NCBI GenBank assembly: GCA_042566005.1
Contig: JBHORO010000002.1
Location: forward strand, 5,287-69,286
Direction of reading: 5' to 3'
Length of the DNA: 64,000 nt
DNA from: Verrucomicrobiota bacterium
GTDB taxonomy: Bacteria > Verrucomicrobiota > Kiritimatiellia > Kiritimatiellales > JBHORO01
Below the pieces are notes generated by a model. It was not told the DNA's origin and ran no database searches. It saw only the letters and a program-made list of their open reading frames with translations. Positions 38,901 to 49,047 of this stretch are shown here, one piece after another. A program made the position numbers and the translations under genes. How positions within the stretch are numbered: the first letter of the stretch is position 1; each line of letters starts with the position of its first letter.

Positions 38901-40577
38901 TTATTCGGTAAAGGTGCTTCCGCCGATGAATTCACGGAGCAGGGAGCTGCTCGGTACTTCATCGTGCGAGGCGACGAGGAAGTTTGAGAGAAAATCCTGC
39001 AGGCGGCGTGCCTCGGCGTATTGGTGGTGGCAGGGCTTTGCTTGTGCAAGCAGCGGCTCGGCGAAGGGCTTCAGTACGGCGAGTTCATATTCGAGGGCTG
39101 TGTTGAAGGCGATGTCGGCCTCCTGTTGGTACGGAAAGATCCAGTGGTTTTCGCCGCTCCGGACTTTGTGCCACATATCCAGCGTGTCGAGGCAGGTGTG
39201 GCCGCGCGTAAAGTTGTCGCGGATCATCCGTCGGATTAGCCGGTTGTCGGTGGTGGAGATGCGGTTGTTGCGGTCGAGGTTCAGCTGCATGAGCGCGCTG
39301 ACGTAGATTTTGAAGATGTGGCTGCGCGGCAGTGCTTCGCTGGAGCGCGGGTTGAGTCCGTGTATTCCTTCTATAATAAGGATGCTGTCTTTTTCGACTT
39401 TGGCGGTCTTGCCGGTAAACTCGCGGCGTCCGCTCTGGAAATTGAAGCTGGGCAATTCAACCTGTTCGCCTTTTTCGAGTAGCTTCATGTGCTGGTGCAT
39501 CAGCGCGAGGTCGACCGCGTCGATATGTTCAAAGTCGTGCGAGCCGTTGCTGGTGTGCGGTGTTTGCTCGCGGTTAACGAAATAGTCGTCCATTGAAATG
39601 GCCTGGGTGCGGATGCCGTTAGCCTGCAGTTGAATGGCCAGGCGCCGCGCGAAAGTGGTTTTGCCGGAGGAGGACGGGCCGGCGATCATGATCCACTTGA
39701 GGTGCTTGCGTTTGCGGGCGATGGCATCGGCGACACGTACGATCCGTTTTTCCTGAAACGCCTCGCAGACTTGGATGAACTCTTTGATGCCGTGTCGGGC
39801 GATGATGTTGTTCAGGTCGCCGACGGTGCGTACGCGTACCGCGCGGCCCCAGAGTTTGTGCTCTTTGAAAATCTGGAAGAGGTGCGGGGCGGGATCGAAG
39901 GGCGGATAGTCGCACATGTCGCTTGGTTTGGGGAAGCGGATCACGAAGCCGGTTTCGTGGGGTTCCAGTTTGAAGCAGCTCAGTTTGGCGGTGTCGGTGG
40001 CGATCGGGACATGGGCCAGATCCATGAATTTGCCGCATTCGTAAACGGCCACGCGTGACGGGTTGCGGTAGCGCAGCAGGTTGAGCTTGTCGGTCAAGCC
40101 GCGCGAATCGAAATAATCGCACGCTTCCTGATAGGAGATCTTTTTGCGGCGGATCGGCAGGGCCAGTTCGGCGATCGAGCGCATTTCGGTTTCCAGTTTT
40201 TTTACAAAATCCGGCTCGAGCGGAGGTCCGCCGTCTTGGTCGAAGGAGCAGTAGAGGCCGAGGGATAGCGAGTGTTCGACCGCAAAGCTGGCTTTCGGGT
40301 AGAGGTTGTTGACCGCTTTGGCGAGCAGCAGGGTGATGGAGTGGCGGTAGATGTGTTGGCCGTGGCTGTCGCGGAAGGTGACGTATTTCAGGTGGCAGTC
40401 GGTTTCGATGGGGTAGTCGAGCGTCATCAGTTCATTATTAATGAGGACGCCCATGACCGGCGCGGCTGGATTTTCCAGTTCGGGGTGTTCGATTAGTAGC
40501 TTTTGCGGGGTAATGCCGACTTGGTGCTTGATGGTGATTCCGTTTTCGAGTTCGATCTGAATCAGGCTTCTGCTCAT
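38901..40577 (-). CDS. uridine-kinase/phosphoribulokinase-family P-loop kinase fused to an N-terminal TGS / ThrRS-additional-domain-like region
   Basis: Walker A IAGPSSSGKTTFARRL; uridine-kinase-like SMDDYF ... FDFEHIDAVD ... LIIEGIHGLN. The roughly 280 aa N-terminal region has beta-grasp-like and ThrRS-like features. Confidence 0.6.
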   Translation of the reverse strand: MSRSLIQIELENGITIKHQVGITPQKLLIEHPELENPAAPVMGVLINNELMTLDYPIETDCHLKYVTFRDSHGQHIYRHSITLLLAKAVNNLYPKASFAVEHSLSLGLYCSFDQDGGPPLEPDFVKKLETEMRSIAELALPIRRKKISYQEACDYFDSRGLTDKLNLLRYRNPSRVAVYECGKFMDLAHVPIATDTAKLSCFKLEPHETGFVIRFPKPSDMCDYPPFDPAPHLFQIFKEHKLWGRAVRVRTVGDLNNIIARHGIKEFIQVCEAFQEKRIVRVADAIARKRKHLKWIMIAGPSSSGKTTFARRLAIQLQANGIRTQAISMDDYFVNREQTPHTSNGSHDFEHIDAVDLALMHQHMKLLEKGEQVELPSFNFQSGRREFTGKTAKVEKDSILIIEGIHGLNPRSSEALPRSHIFKIYVSALMQLNLDRNNRISTTDNRLIRRMIRDNFTRGHTCLDTLDMWHKVRSGENHWIFPYQQEADIAFNTALEYELAVLKPFAEPLLAQAKPCHHQYAEARRLQDFLSNFLVASHDEVPSSSLLREFIGGSTFTE

Positions 40578-40692
40578 TCAATAGCTCCCTTTGCGCTCTA
40601 CGGAATCAATATAACAAGATTGCATTCTCTGTCGGGGAAAATAAGATTAAAAAGTTTAGGGGCTGTGTTGATTTGCTCGGCCGGGAGAATCT

Positions 40693-41589
40693 ATGGAAAA
40701 ACTCGATCAGAATTTGAAGAAGGAACTGTTGACGTGGCACGAGAAGTTGTTCGCCCGTTCGGTTCGTCGTAAGGAGAAGCTGCAGCGCTTGAAGGAGTCG
40801 CTCGGTTCGATCTGTAATCAGCGGTGTCTGTTGATCAGTGGCGGTGACGCTATGATCGCGCGTAATCTGCGTCAGAATGGAACGGTCTGGGAGGTGCTCG
40901 GCATTAATGAAAAGGCGGTGACGGGGCTGCGTCAGATTTTGGATGATGAGGTTAAGCAGTTCGCTGAGCTGCCGCTGCCGTATGAGGACAATTCGTTCGA
41001 TACGCTGATCATTGCTGATGCGCTGGAGTGCGTTCCGCAGGATTATGACTTCATTAAGGATTGTCATCGCGTGCTGAAGTCGGACGGCCGATTGATTATT
41101 ACCGTTGGCTGCATGCGCAGTTTCGGAGTGATCCGCGGGTTGAATCAGCTGGTGGGGCAGCGTGATGAGCAGGCGGGGCGCTTGCGGCCTGGTTACGCGA
41201 GTCGTCAGTTGTTTGATATTTTAAAGGACGGGTTTGATGTGCCGGGGATTACGCGCTATTCCGGGTTTTTCAGCGCGTTTGCCGGCGTGTTTGCGTCGTT
41301 GGCTGCCCGGTTGGTGGTGGCGCCGTGCTATGAAATTCCGCCGGAGCAGGTGGATCAGTATTTGTTTTATAAGTACCGTCATTTGAATGTGTTGGTCGGG
41401 GTGGGGTATGCATTTATGTTGTTGGCGGCCGGGCTTGATAAAATCAGCGGGTTTCTGCCGAGATATAATCTGATTGCCAAAACCAAGCCGCGTACTTGGC
41501 GTTCGCGCAAGGTCCCGGTACTGGCAGACGGCCGCTCCATCGCCGAGGCCGCGCTCAATACAAAGATCGGTACGGCTGTTGAGTTTTAG
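40693..41589 (+). CDS. class I SAM-dependent methyltransferase with a hydrophobic C-terminal region
   Basis: Post-I/II motifs LPYEDNSFDTLIIADALECV and RVLKSDGRLIIT; C-terminal hydrophobic helices. Confidence 0.65.
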   Translation: MEKLDQNLKKELLTWHEKLFARSVRRKEKLQRLKESLGSICNQRCLLISGGDAMIARNLRQNGTVWEVLGINEKAVTGLRQILDDEVKQFAELPLPYEDNSFDTLIIADALECVPQDYDFIKDCHRVLKSDGRLIITVGCMRSFGVIRGLNQLVGQRDEQAGRLRPGYASRQLFDILKDGFDVPGITRYSGFFSAFAGVFASLAARLVVAPCYEIPPEQVDQYLFYKYRHLNVLVGVGYAFMLLAAGLDKISGFLPRYNLIAKTKPRTWRSRKVPVLADGRSIAEAALNTKIGTAVEF

Positions 41590-41638
41590 GGAAAGTCTCC
41601 GGGCTTTTTACGGTGCGGATTAATTCCGCCATAAACGG

Positions 41639-41666
41639 TTGACACGTCGTGCAAAAGTGATACTGT
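41639..41666 (+). promoter_or_regulatory. candidate promoter of rpmH-rnpA-yidD-yidC
   Basis: TTGACA (41639-41644), a 16-nt spacer, then TACTGT (41661-41666). Confidence 0.5.
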
Positions 41667-41714
41667 GTCTGGCCTTTTGACATTAGGGATAAAGAGTATT
41701 TGTGAGGTAAGAAA

Positions 41715-41849
41715 ATGAAACGTACATATCAGCCATCTAGAATTAAACGTGCGCGTAAACACGGTTTCCGCAAACGTATGGGTACTGCTGACGGTCGCGC
41801 AATTTTGAAGCGTCGCCGCCAGAAGGGCCGCAAAAAACTGACGGTCTAA
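41715..41849 (+). CDS. rpmH: 50S ribosomal protein L34 (below the ORF-track length cutoff)
   Basis: My own translation: [44 protein letters not shown] (44 aa). Canonical L34 sequence; SD gaggt 8 nt upstream; directly precedes rnpA. Confidence 0.95.
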   Translation: MKRTYQPSRIKRARKHGFRKRMGTADGRAILKRRRQKGRKKLTV

Positions 41850-41862
41850 CCGTCGGGAAATT

Positions 41863-42288
41863 ATGACCGGCGGCCTTGATAAACCAACCGGGCCAAACCG
41901 GAAGCTTTCGCGCGACCAGCGCTTAACCCGTTCGGCTCTGTTTAGAGAAACCTATGCGCAGAACCACTCGTGGGTTGGGCGTTATATGGTTTTATGGGTT
42001 CGCGAAGGTGAAGATGCTTCACTGCGCCTCGGCGTGGTGAGCAGCAAGCGAGTGGGGGGCGCTGTTCAACGGAACCGCGCCCGTCGCCGTATACGGGAGG
42101 CGTGGCGTCGGCTGCGCCCTCATTTTTCGGGCGATGTTGATGTCGTCTTTGTGTGTCGCGGCTACCTGTTGCGCGCACCGTGGGAAAAAGTGGTCAAAGA
42201 GATGCTTTGGCTGGCTGAGCAGGCGGGACTGATTGCGAAAGAGGACAAGAAGGCCGCTCGCGAGGCTGTGCTAGAGCAGCATCAGTAA
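41863..42288 (+). CDS. rnpA: ribonuclease P protein component
   Basis: Basic protein in the conserved rpmH-rnpA-yidD-yidC context, with the RNR-like motif ([15 protein letters not shown]). Confidence 0.85.
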   Translation: MTGGLDKPTGPNRKLSRDQRLTRSALFRETYAQNHSWVGRYMVLWVREGEDASLRLGVVSSKRVGGAVQRNRARRRIREAWRRLRPHFSGDVDVVFVCRGYLLRAPWEKVVKEMLWLAEQAGLIAKEDKKAAREAVLEQHQ

Positions 42289-42548
42289 TGGAAAAGTTTC
42301 TGATAACTTTGATTCGATTCTACCAGCGCGCGGTTTCCCCTTACCTTGGGCGCAACTGCCGATTTTATCCCACCTGTTCTGCCTATTCCATTCAGGCGCT
42401 GAAACAGCACGGCTCTCTTAAAGGGCTGAGGCTGGCGTTGCGGCGCGTTCTGAAATGTCACCCTTTTCATGCTGGCGGTGTTGACCTTGTGCCGCCTGTC
42501 AGTAGTTTCGACCGTTCTAAGCAAATAGAGGAAGTGCTTTATGAATAA
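42288..42548 (+). CDS. yidD: membrane protein insertion efficiency factor YidD
   Basis: [33 protein letters not shown] signature; ATG overlaps the rnpA stop. Confidence 0.92.
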   Translation: MEKFLITLIRFYQRAVSPYLGRNCRFYPTCSAYSIQALKQHGSLKGLRLALRRVLKCHPFHAGGVDLVPPVSSFDRSKQIEEVLYE

Positions 42549-44253
42549 GAAAGATTTGCCGTTTATTATCCCGTTGATCATCCTGGCTGTTGCCTGGGGC
42601 CCTATTTACAGCAAGTTCTTGAAGAAAGAGCAGCCGGCAGCGGAAATCGTTCAGGCTCCGGCGGCTAAGCCTGTCGCCGGCGAAACCGAGCTGAAAGCTC
42701 GGGTGGAGAAAACAACGGAAGCTGTTGCGGAAGTGAAAGCGGTTGTTGCGGAGAATGCGGAAGAGATCGTGCTCGAAAACGACAAGCTCGTGCTGACGCT
42801 CTCCTCGGCGGGCGGTTCCGTTGTGAGCGCGGTGCTGAAAGATTATTCGACGGAAAACAAGGAAGACAGCGCGTCAGTTGCCTTCAGTTTTGCGGATCAG
42901 CCGGCTTTGGCCTATGCGGGTATGAACGAACTGTCTGCGGCGCAGGTTCTGGCAGCTCAGAAAATCGATGAGAAAACTGTGCTCTTCACCAAAACACTTT
43001 CCAGTGGCCTGACGTTCAGCCGTCGTATCGAACTCGGCGATGCGTATGCCGTCGAGGTGAAAGACCAGGTAATGAACCCGACCGATGCTCCGGTGGTAAT
43101 GCCGGCCCTGAAGGTGGGCACGGGTCTGATGTTGGACAACAGCAAAGGCAAGCAGATGCGTGGCATTTCCCTGCTGGGTGCCGACAGCCGCGTTTCCGGC
43201 GATTTGAAATACTGGGGCCGCAAATTGCACAAGCTCTACAAGCTGGGCGGTAATGCGGACCGCATCGATGTGGCTCCGGAGAAGGTGATGAGCGGCACCG
43301 TTGACTGGGTTTCCGCCAAGAACAAATTTTTCACACAGATCATCGTTCCGCACGGTGGCATTGCGCAGCAGTTTTATGTGCAGGCTAACAAAGAGCCGGG
43401 GAAAAAAGGCAAGACGGTTTCCGTTGCTTCCAGCGTAGAAATGGCCGGCGGCGAGCTGGGCATTAAAGAGTCTCGCGATTACGCCTACACGTACTACGTG
43501 GGTCCGAAAGACTACGGCATTCTGGAAGCTTCCGGTTATGCAATGGAAGATGTGATGGAGTTCCGTACGATTGGATTTTGGCGCGGTATGAACTTTGTGA
43601 TGGAACCGGCGCGTAAATTCCTGCGTTGGCTTTTGGTTCGCATCCACGCGCTGATCCCGAATTATGGTGTGGCGATCATTCTGCTGACGCTGATTGTGCG
43701 CGGCATTTTCTGGCCGCTGACGCATAAGAGTACGGAAAGCATGAAGCGCATGTCTGAGATTCAGCCGAAGGTCAAAGAGCTGCAGGCCAAGTATGCGAAC
43801 AATCCGCAGGTAATGCAGCAGGAAACCATGAAGCTCTACAAAGAGAATAAGGTCAATCCGGCGGCGGGTTGTCTGCCGATGTTCATTCAGATTCCGGTAT
43901 TCTTCGCACTCTACACGGTGTTGCGTTCTGCGATCGAATTGCGCTTTTCCGAGTTCCTGTGGATTGCTGACTTGAGTGAGCCGGAAAACCTGTTCGCGGG
44001 CATGATTCCGTTTGTCGGCTCTCTGAACATTTTGCCGCTGCTGATGACGGCTACGATGGTGCTGCAGCAGCACATGACTCCGTCTTCCGCTGACCCGCAG
44101 CAGAAACAGATGATGACAATCATGCCGTTGATGATGCTCTTCATCTTCTACACCATGCCGTCCGGCCTGACACTCTACTGGACAACGAGCAACGTAGTGA
44201 TGATTGTTCAGCTCCTGTTCCGTCGCCTCAAAGAGAAAAAGGCGAAAGCCTAA
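42541..44253 (+). CDS. yidC: membrane protein insertase YidC
   Basis: N-terminal TM, large periplasmic P1 domain, and the conserved C-terminal 5-TM core ([20 protein letters not shown]...[16 protein letters not shown]...[12 protein letters not shown]). Confidence 0.95.
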   Translation: MNKKDLPFIIPLIILAVAWGPIYSKFLKKEQPAAEIVQAPAAKPVAGETELKARVEKTTEAVAEVKAVVAENAEEIVLENDKLVLTLSSAGGSVVSAVLKDYSTENKEDSASVAFSFADQPALAYAGMNELSAAQVLAAQKIDEKTVLFTKTLSSGLTFSRRIELGDAYAVEVKDQVMNPTDAPVVMPALKVGTGLMLDNSKGKQMRGISLLGADSRVSGDLKYWGRKLHKLYKLGGNADRIDVAPEKVMSGTVDWVSAKNKFFTQIIVPHGGIAQQFYVQANKEPGKKGKTVSVASSVEMAGGELGIKESRDYAYTYYVGPKDYGILEASGYAMEDVMEFRTIGFWRGMNFVMEPARKFLRWLLVRIHALIPNYGVAIILLTLIVRGIFWPLTHKSTESMKRMSEIQPKVKELQAKYANNPQVMQQETMKLYKENKVNPAAGCLPMFIQIPVFFALYTVLRSAIELRFSEFLWIADLSEPENLFAGMIPFVGSLNILPLLMTATMVLQQHMTPSSADPQQKQMMTIMPLMMLFIFYTMPSGLTLYWTTSNVVMIVQLLFRRLKEKKAKA

Positions 44254-44268
44254 AGCGGGCAGGGTATG

Positions 44269-44300
44269 AAAAAAGCGGCGTGTAATGCGCCGCTTTTTTT
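44269..44300. terminator. bidirectional terminator between yidC and the PUR-like gene
   Basis: aaaaaagcggcg-tgtaat-gcgccgcttttttt. Confidence 0.8.
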
Positions 44301-44321
44301 GTGTCTGGATGGGGTGGGGTT

Positions 44322-44555
44322 TTAGTCGGGAATATCCGGAATGCCGTCGTAGGGATTAGCTTCATTTTCGCTGATTGCTTTTTCAAGCGCGTCGCGTAGC
44401 AGGTGGAGTCCGGTGGCGGGAATAATGATGGTGTCGCGTCGGCCTTTGACGTCTTCAGTGATGCGGAGGAAGCGTCCGCGGGGGTTTTCTTTTAAATCCA
44501 AAAAGAACTGTTTGCGTTCGACCTGTATCCGTTCGCTCAAGATGGTGTCGTTCAT
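44322..44555 (-). CDS. PUR-alpha/beta-like (DUF3276) nucleic-acid-binding protein
   Basis: SERIQVERKQFFLDLKENPRGRFLRITED matches the PUR repeat pattern (KxFYLDxKxNxRGxFLRIxE); 77 aa. Confidence 0.7.
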   Translation of the reverse strand: MNDTILSERIQVERKQFFLDLKENPRGRFLRITEDVKGRRDTIIIPATGLHLLRDALEKAISENEANPYDGIPDIPD

Positions 44556-44719
44556 GTATCCCCCTTTTCCCCGTGTATGGATGTTGTTAGCCGCGGAATG
44601 GCAGAAAGTTATAGATAAATTGTAAGAATGTCAAATTTGTACGTCTTTTTTGTGATTGGGGTCGGGTGCGGTTTAATAATGAACTGGCGCGAGAACTCGT
44701 TAGTCGATATGAATAACGC

Positions 44720-45634
44720 ATGATGAATACGGAAAAACATACTACGGAGATTCGGCGCGTAACTTTTGTCGGGCTGGGCATGAACTTGGCGCTGAGTGCA
44801 GTGAAGGGCGCGGCGGGTGTATTGGCCTCCAGTCAGGCGCTGGTCGCGGATGCGGTGCACAGTCTGTCGGATTGCGTAACGGATATTGCCGTGCTTGTAG
44901 GGGCGAACTACTGGTCGGCGCCGGCGGATGAACACCACCCGTATGGGCACGCGCGGATACAGACCTTGATCAGCTTTTTCATCGGCTTGGCTCTGGCGGC
45001 CGCGGCGGTCAGTATCGGCTGGCATGCGGTGACGACGATCGCTGGCGAAAAGGCGCATATTCCCGGCTGGGCCGCATTCTGGGCTGCGATTTTGTCGATC
45101 TTGGTGAAAGAGGCGTTGTATCGGGTAACGGCCCGGATTGCTAAAAGAGTGCGCAGCAGTGCGCTGATGGCCAATGCGTGGCATCACCGTTCGGATGCGA
45201 TGAGTTCGATTCCGGTGGCGGTGGCGGTGATGTTGGGTCAGTGGTCAGATGCGTTCGTTTTTGCCGATAAGGTGGCCGCGGTGTTGGTTTGTACGATGTT
45301 GTTGAAGGCGGCGTGGAGTATTTCGTGGCCGTGTCTGCAGGAGCTGATGGAGTCCAGCGCGAGCCAGGAGGTGTGCGCGGCATTGACTGAGTCGGCGTAT
45401 CAGGTGGATGGGGTGCGCGAAATTCATAAATTGCGCACGCGCCGGATCGGTAACGGTCTGCTGGTTGACCTGCATGTACTGGTGGATCCGCAGATGAGCG
45501 TGCGCGACGGGCATGAAATCGCCAAAGAGGTGCGCGCTGTTTTGCTGCAGGCCGACATGGATGTGGTTGATACGCTGGTGCATCTGGAACCTTTCGATGA
45601 GCAGACCCGTCAGCTCGATCCGCACGGTTGTTGA
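44720..45634 (+). CDS. cation diffusion facilitator family divalent-metal efflux transporter
   Basis: TM2/TM5 metal-site motifs ADAVHSLSDCVTD and NAWHHRSDAMSS; C-terminal cytoplasmic domain ending in HLEP. Confidence 0.9.
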   Translation: MMNTEKHTTEIRRVTFVGLGMNLALSAVKGAAGVLASSQALVADAVHSLSDCVTDIAVLVGANYWSAPADEHHPYGHARIQTLISFFIGLALAAAAVSIGWHAVTTIAGEKAHIPGWAAFWAAILSILVKEALYRVTARIAKRVRSSALMANAWHHRSDAMSSIPVAVAVMLGQWSDAFVFADKVAAVLVCTMLLKAAWSISWPCLQELMESSASQEVCAALTESAYQVDGVREIHKLRTRRIGNGLLVDLHVLVDPQMSVRDGHEIAKEVRAVLLQADMDVVDTLVHLEPFDEQTRQLDPHGC

Positions 45635-45713
45635 TGGCCGGTAACTATTTGATTGTCAGGGGGCTGAAAGAGGATTAAAACGTGCTCCTTTTTAACGTGG
45701 TTTTTGTGAGGGC

Positions 45714-47555
45714 ATGGCCGTGGTAGGTGAGAACGGATTGATGGAACGCTGGACGAGTGACCGGTCGCGTGAGCTGTATGGCGTTCGCAACTGGGGCGCT
45801 GGCTATTTTGATGTTTCTGATGCGGGTGAAGTTCAGGTTTTGCCGCGCGGCAAAAACGGCGGCCCGAGTGTCAGCCTGATGGAGATAGTTTCCGGGCTGG
45901 AGGAGCGCGGTTTGAATATGCCGGTGCTCTTGCGTATCGAAAATATTCTCGATGCACGTATCAAGCGGTTGCATGAGGCATTTGGCCGGGCGATCAAAGA
46001 TGCGGGCTATCAGAACGTGTACCGTGGTGTGTATCCGATCAAGGTGAACCAGCAGGAGCAGGTGGTTGAAGAGATTGCCCGTTATGGTTCGATTTATCAT
46101 CACGGCCTCGAGGCCGGCAGTAAGGCTGAGCTGATTGCCGCCATCTCTTTTATGAAAGATCCGGAAGCCTACGTGATCTGTAATGGCTATAAGGACGAGG
46201 AATTTGTCGACCTTGGCCTGTTGGCGCTCAAGATGGGTGTGCGCTGTGTGTTTGTGATTGAGAGCATGCAGGAGCTTCCGCTGATTTTGGCGCGTGCGGA
46301 GGTGTTGCAGGTCCGCCCGATTTTGGGCGTGCGCATGAAGCTCGCCAGCCGCGCGGGCGGACGCTGGACAGAGTCCGGCGGCGATCAGAGCGTCTTCGGT
46401 CTGAACACGGCGCAGGTTATCGATGTGGTCGACACGCTCCGTGAAAAGGAGATGCTGGATTGCCTGAAGTTGCTGCACTATCACTTGGGCTCGCAGATCC
46501 CGAACATTCGCGATATCCGCGCGGCCGTGACTGAAGCGACGCGTATCTATTCCGGTCTCGTGCAGGAGGGCGCGGCGATGGGAGTGCTCGATCTCGGCGG
46601 CGGCCTGGCAGTCGATTACGACGGCTCGCATTCCAATTTTGCCGGAAGCCGTAACTACTCGGTGGATGAGTATGCCTCGGACATTATTGAGGTGGTTAAA
46701 AAGACGCTCGATGAGGCGGATGTTCCGCATCCCGTGATTGTAACCGAATCCGGGCGCGCGACGGTGGCTTACTATTCCGTGCTGCTTTTCAATATTCTCG
46801 ATGTCAGCAGGTTTGAGAGTCATCCGCCACCCGAAAAGCTGCCGGATGATGCGCCGGAATATCTGCAGAACCTATTTGCGATTCCGCAGGGTATGACCAC
46901 GAAGAATGTGCAGGAGTGCTACAACGACGCGATTTATTACCGCGACGAGATTCGCCAGCTGTTTAAGCACGGCAACATCAACCTGCGCGACCGCGCGCTG
47001 GGCGAGCAGATGTTCTGGCATATCATGATGCGCGTGAAGGGGCTGATTCGTCAGATGAAATACGTGCCAGACGAGTTTGCCGGGCTGGATAAAAAGCTGG
47101 CGGATATCTATTACGGTAACTTCAGCGTGTTCCAGTCGTTGCCGGACGCGTGGGCGATCGATCAGCTTTTCCCGATCATGCCGATCCACCGGCTGAACGA
47201 AACCCCGAACCGTCAGGGTATTATTGCGGATATCACCTGTGATTGTGACGGCAAGATTGACCGCTTTATTGACCTGCACAATGTGGCCGACACATTGGCG
47301 CTGCACGAGCTTCGCCCGGATGAGGAGTATTACCTCGGCGTATTTTTGGTCGGTGCATATCAGGAGACGCTGGGCGACCTGCACAACCTGCTGGGTGATA
47401 CGAACGTGGTGAGTGTACGGATTGACGATGACGGCTCGATTCATTACGAGCGCGAGATCGAAGGGGATTCGGTTGAGGATGTGTTGTCGTATGTCGAGTA
47501 CCAGCCCAAGTCGATTATCCATCGTATCCGCCGGATGGCGGAGACGGCGGTGTAA
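45714..47555 (+). CDS. speA: biosynthetic arginine decarboxylase
   Basis: N-terminus WTSDRSRELYGVRNWGAGYF; PLP-lysine context YPIKVNQ; LGGGLAVDYDG; 613 aa. Confidence 0.93.
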   Translation: MAVVGENGLMERWTSDRSRELYGVRNWGAGYFDVSDAGEVQVLPRGKNGGPSVSLMEIVSGLEERGLNMPVLLRIENILDARIKRLHEAFGRAIKDAGYQNVYRGVYPIKVNQQEQVVEEIARYGSIYHHGLEAGSKAELIAAISFMKDPEAYVICNGYKDEEFVDLGLLALKMGVRCVFVIESMQELPLILARAEVLQVRPILGVRMKLASRAGGRWTESGGDQSVFGLNTAQVIDVVDTLREKEMLDCLKLLHYHLGSQIPNIRDIRAAVTEATRIYSGLVQEGAAMGVLDLGGGLAVDYDGSHSNFAGSRNYSVDEYASDIIEVVKKTLDEADVPHPVIVTESGRATVAYYSVLLFNILDVSRFESHPPPEKLPDDAPEYLQNLFAIPQGMTTKNVQECYNDAIYYRDEIRQLFKHGNINLRDRALGEQMFWHIMMRVKGLIRQMKYVPDEFAGLDKKLADIYYGNFSVFQSLPDAWAIDQLFPIMPIHRLNETPNRQGIIADITCDCDGKIDRFIDLHNVADTLALHELRPDEEYYLGVFLVGAYQETLGDLHNLLGDTNVVSVRIDDDGSIHYEREIEGDSVEDVLSYVEYQPKSIIHRIRRMAETAV

Positions 47556-47677
47556 TCCGGCCGGATTTCGGCTAAAGAACGTCGCGCGGTGATGGCGGCT
47601 TATGAAAACGGCCTGCGCGGGTATACCTATTTTGAACGATAGTTTTGATGGGCATTTCGCCCGTTGAGGAGAGTAAA

Positions 47678-48856
47678 ATGGCAAAAGTGTTGATTGTTGG
47701 TGCGGGCGGCGTGAGCCGCGTGGTGGTACATAAATGCGCGGCGTTGCCGGATGTGTTTGAAGAGATTATGTTGGCGAGCCGAACGAAGTCTAAATGCGAC
47801 GCGATCGCCGCGGAACTGGACCGTCCGATTCGGACTGCGCAGGTAGATGCGGACAATGTGCCGGAGCTGGTGGCGCTGATTAAGGAGTTCGGTCCGGACA
47901 TGGTGCTGAATGTGGCGCTGCCGTATCAGGATCTGCACATTATGGACGCCTGCCTGGAAACGGGAGTGCACTATCTCGACACGGCAAACTATGAGCCGCT
48001 TGATACTGCCAAGTTTGAATACAAATGGCAGTGGGCATATCAGGATCGTTTTAAAGAAGCCGGCCTCATGGCACTGCTCGGCTCCGGTTTTGATCCGGGC
48101 GTGACGTCTGTGTTCTGTACTTACATCCAAAAGCACTATCTCGACGAAATTCACTACATCGACATCATTGACTGTAATGCCGGTGATCACGGTCTGCCGT
48201 TCGCAACCAACTTTAACCCCGAGATCAATATCCGCGAAATCACGGCCAAGGGCCGCTACTGGGAAAAGGGCGAGTGGATTGAGACGGACCCGCTTTCGGT
48301 TAAACAGGAGTTTGAGCTGCCGGAAGAGCTCGGCACGATGAACATCTACCTGATGTACCACGAAGAGCTGGAGTCGCTGGCTAAACACATTCCGGGCCTG
48401 AAACGCGCGCGTTTCTGGATGAGTTTTGGCGACAGCTATCTGAAGCACCTCGAAGTGCTCCAGAACGTCGGCATGACCCGGATTGATGAAGTGGAGTTCC
48501 AAGGTCAGAAGATTGTGCCGATCCAGTTCCTGAAAGCATTGTTGCCGGATCCGGCCAGCCTCGGTCCGCGGACCAAAGGGAAGACCTGCATCGGTTGCAA
48601 AGTGACCGGCCTGAAAGATGGGGTTGAGAAAACCTTCTACATCTACAACACGTGCGATCATCAGGAGTGCTACAAAGAGACTAATTCTCAGGCGATCTCC
48701 TACACCACCGGCGTGCCGGCCATGATTGGCGCGAAGATGATGATGGAGGGCAAATGGATGGGCGAAGGCGTATTCAACATTGAGCAGATGGATCCCGATC
48801 CGTTCATGGATGATCTCAACACATACGGCCTGCCCTGGAAAGTGGTGGAGCTTTAA
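47678..48856 (+). CDS. carboxynorspermidine/carboxyspermidine dehydrogenase (saccharopine dehydrogenase family)
   Basis: MAKVLIVGAGGVSRVVVHK Rossmann start preceded by GAGGAG; about 390 aa; typical ...YLDTANYE..., ...GFDPGVT... blocks; adjacent to speA. Confidence 0.85.
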   Translation: MAKVLIVGAGGVSRVVVHKCAALPDVFEEIMLASRTKSKCDAIAAELDRPIRTAQVDADNVPELVALIKEFGPDMVLNVALPYQDLHIMDACLETGVHYLDTANYEPLDTAKFEYKWQWAYQDRFKEAGLMALLGSGFDPGVTSVFCTYIQKHYLDEIHYIDIIDCNAGDHGLPFATNFNPEINIREITAKGRYWEKGEWIETDPLSVKQEFELPEELGTMNIYLMYHEELESLAKHIPGLKRARFWMSFGDSYLKHLEVLQNVGMTRIDEVEFQGQKIVPIQFLKALLPDPASLGPRTKGKTCIGCKVTGLKDGVEKTFYIYNTCDHQECYKETNSQAISYTTGVPAMIGAKMMMEGKWMGEGVFNIEQMDPDPFMDDLNTYGLPWKVVEL

Positions 48857-49047
48857 ACCTGCATAAATATTGAATACCTGCGAAGGCGGCCGAAATGGGC
48901 CGTCTTTTTTTGTAACCAAACGCAGGCGGCCAGCGACTAATGTCGATCGGGCTTGGCGGTGCCTCGGTTTTGCCTGTTGTAGGCGGATCACATCGTTTAA
49001 GCTTATGCATCCAGATGATCTTTTGTTGAAGTTATATTAAGGGTGGG

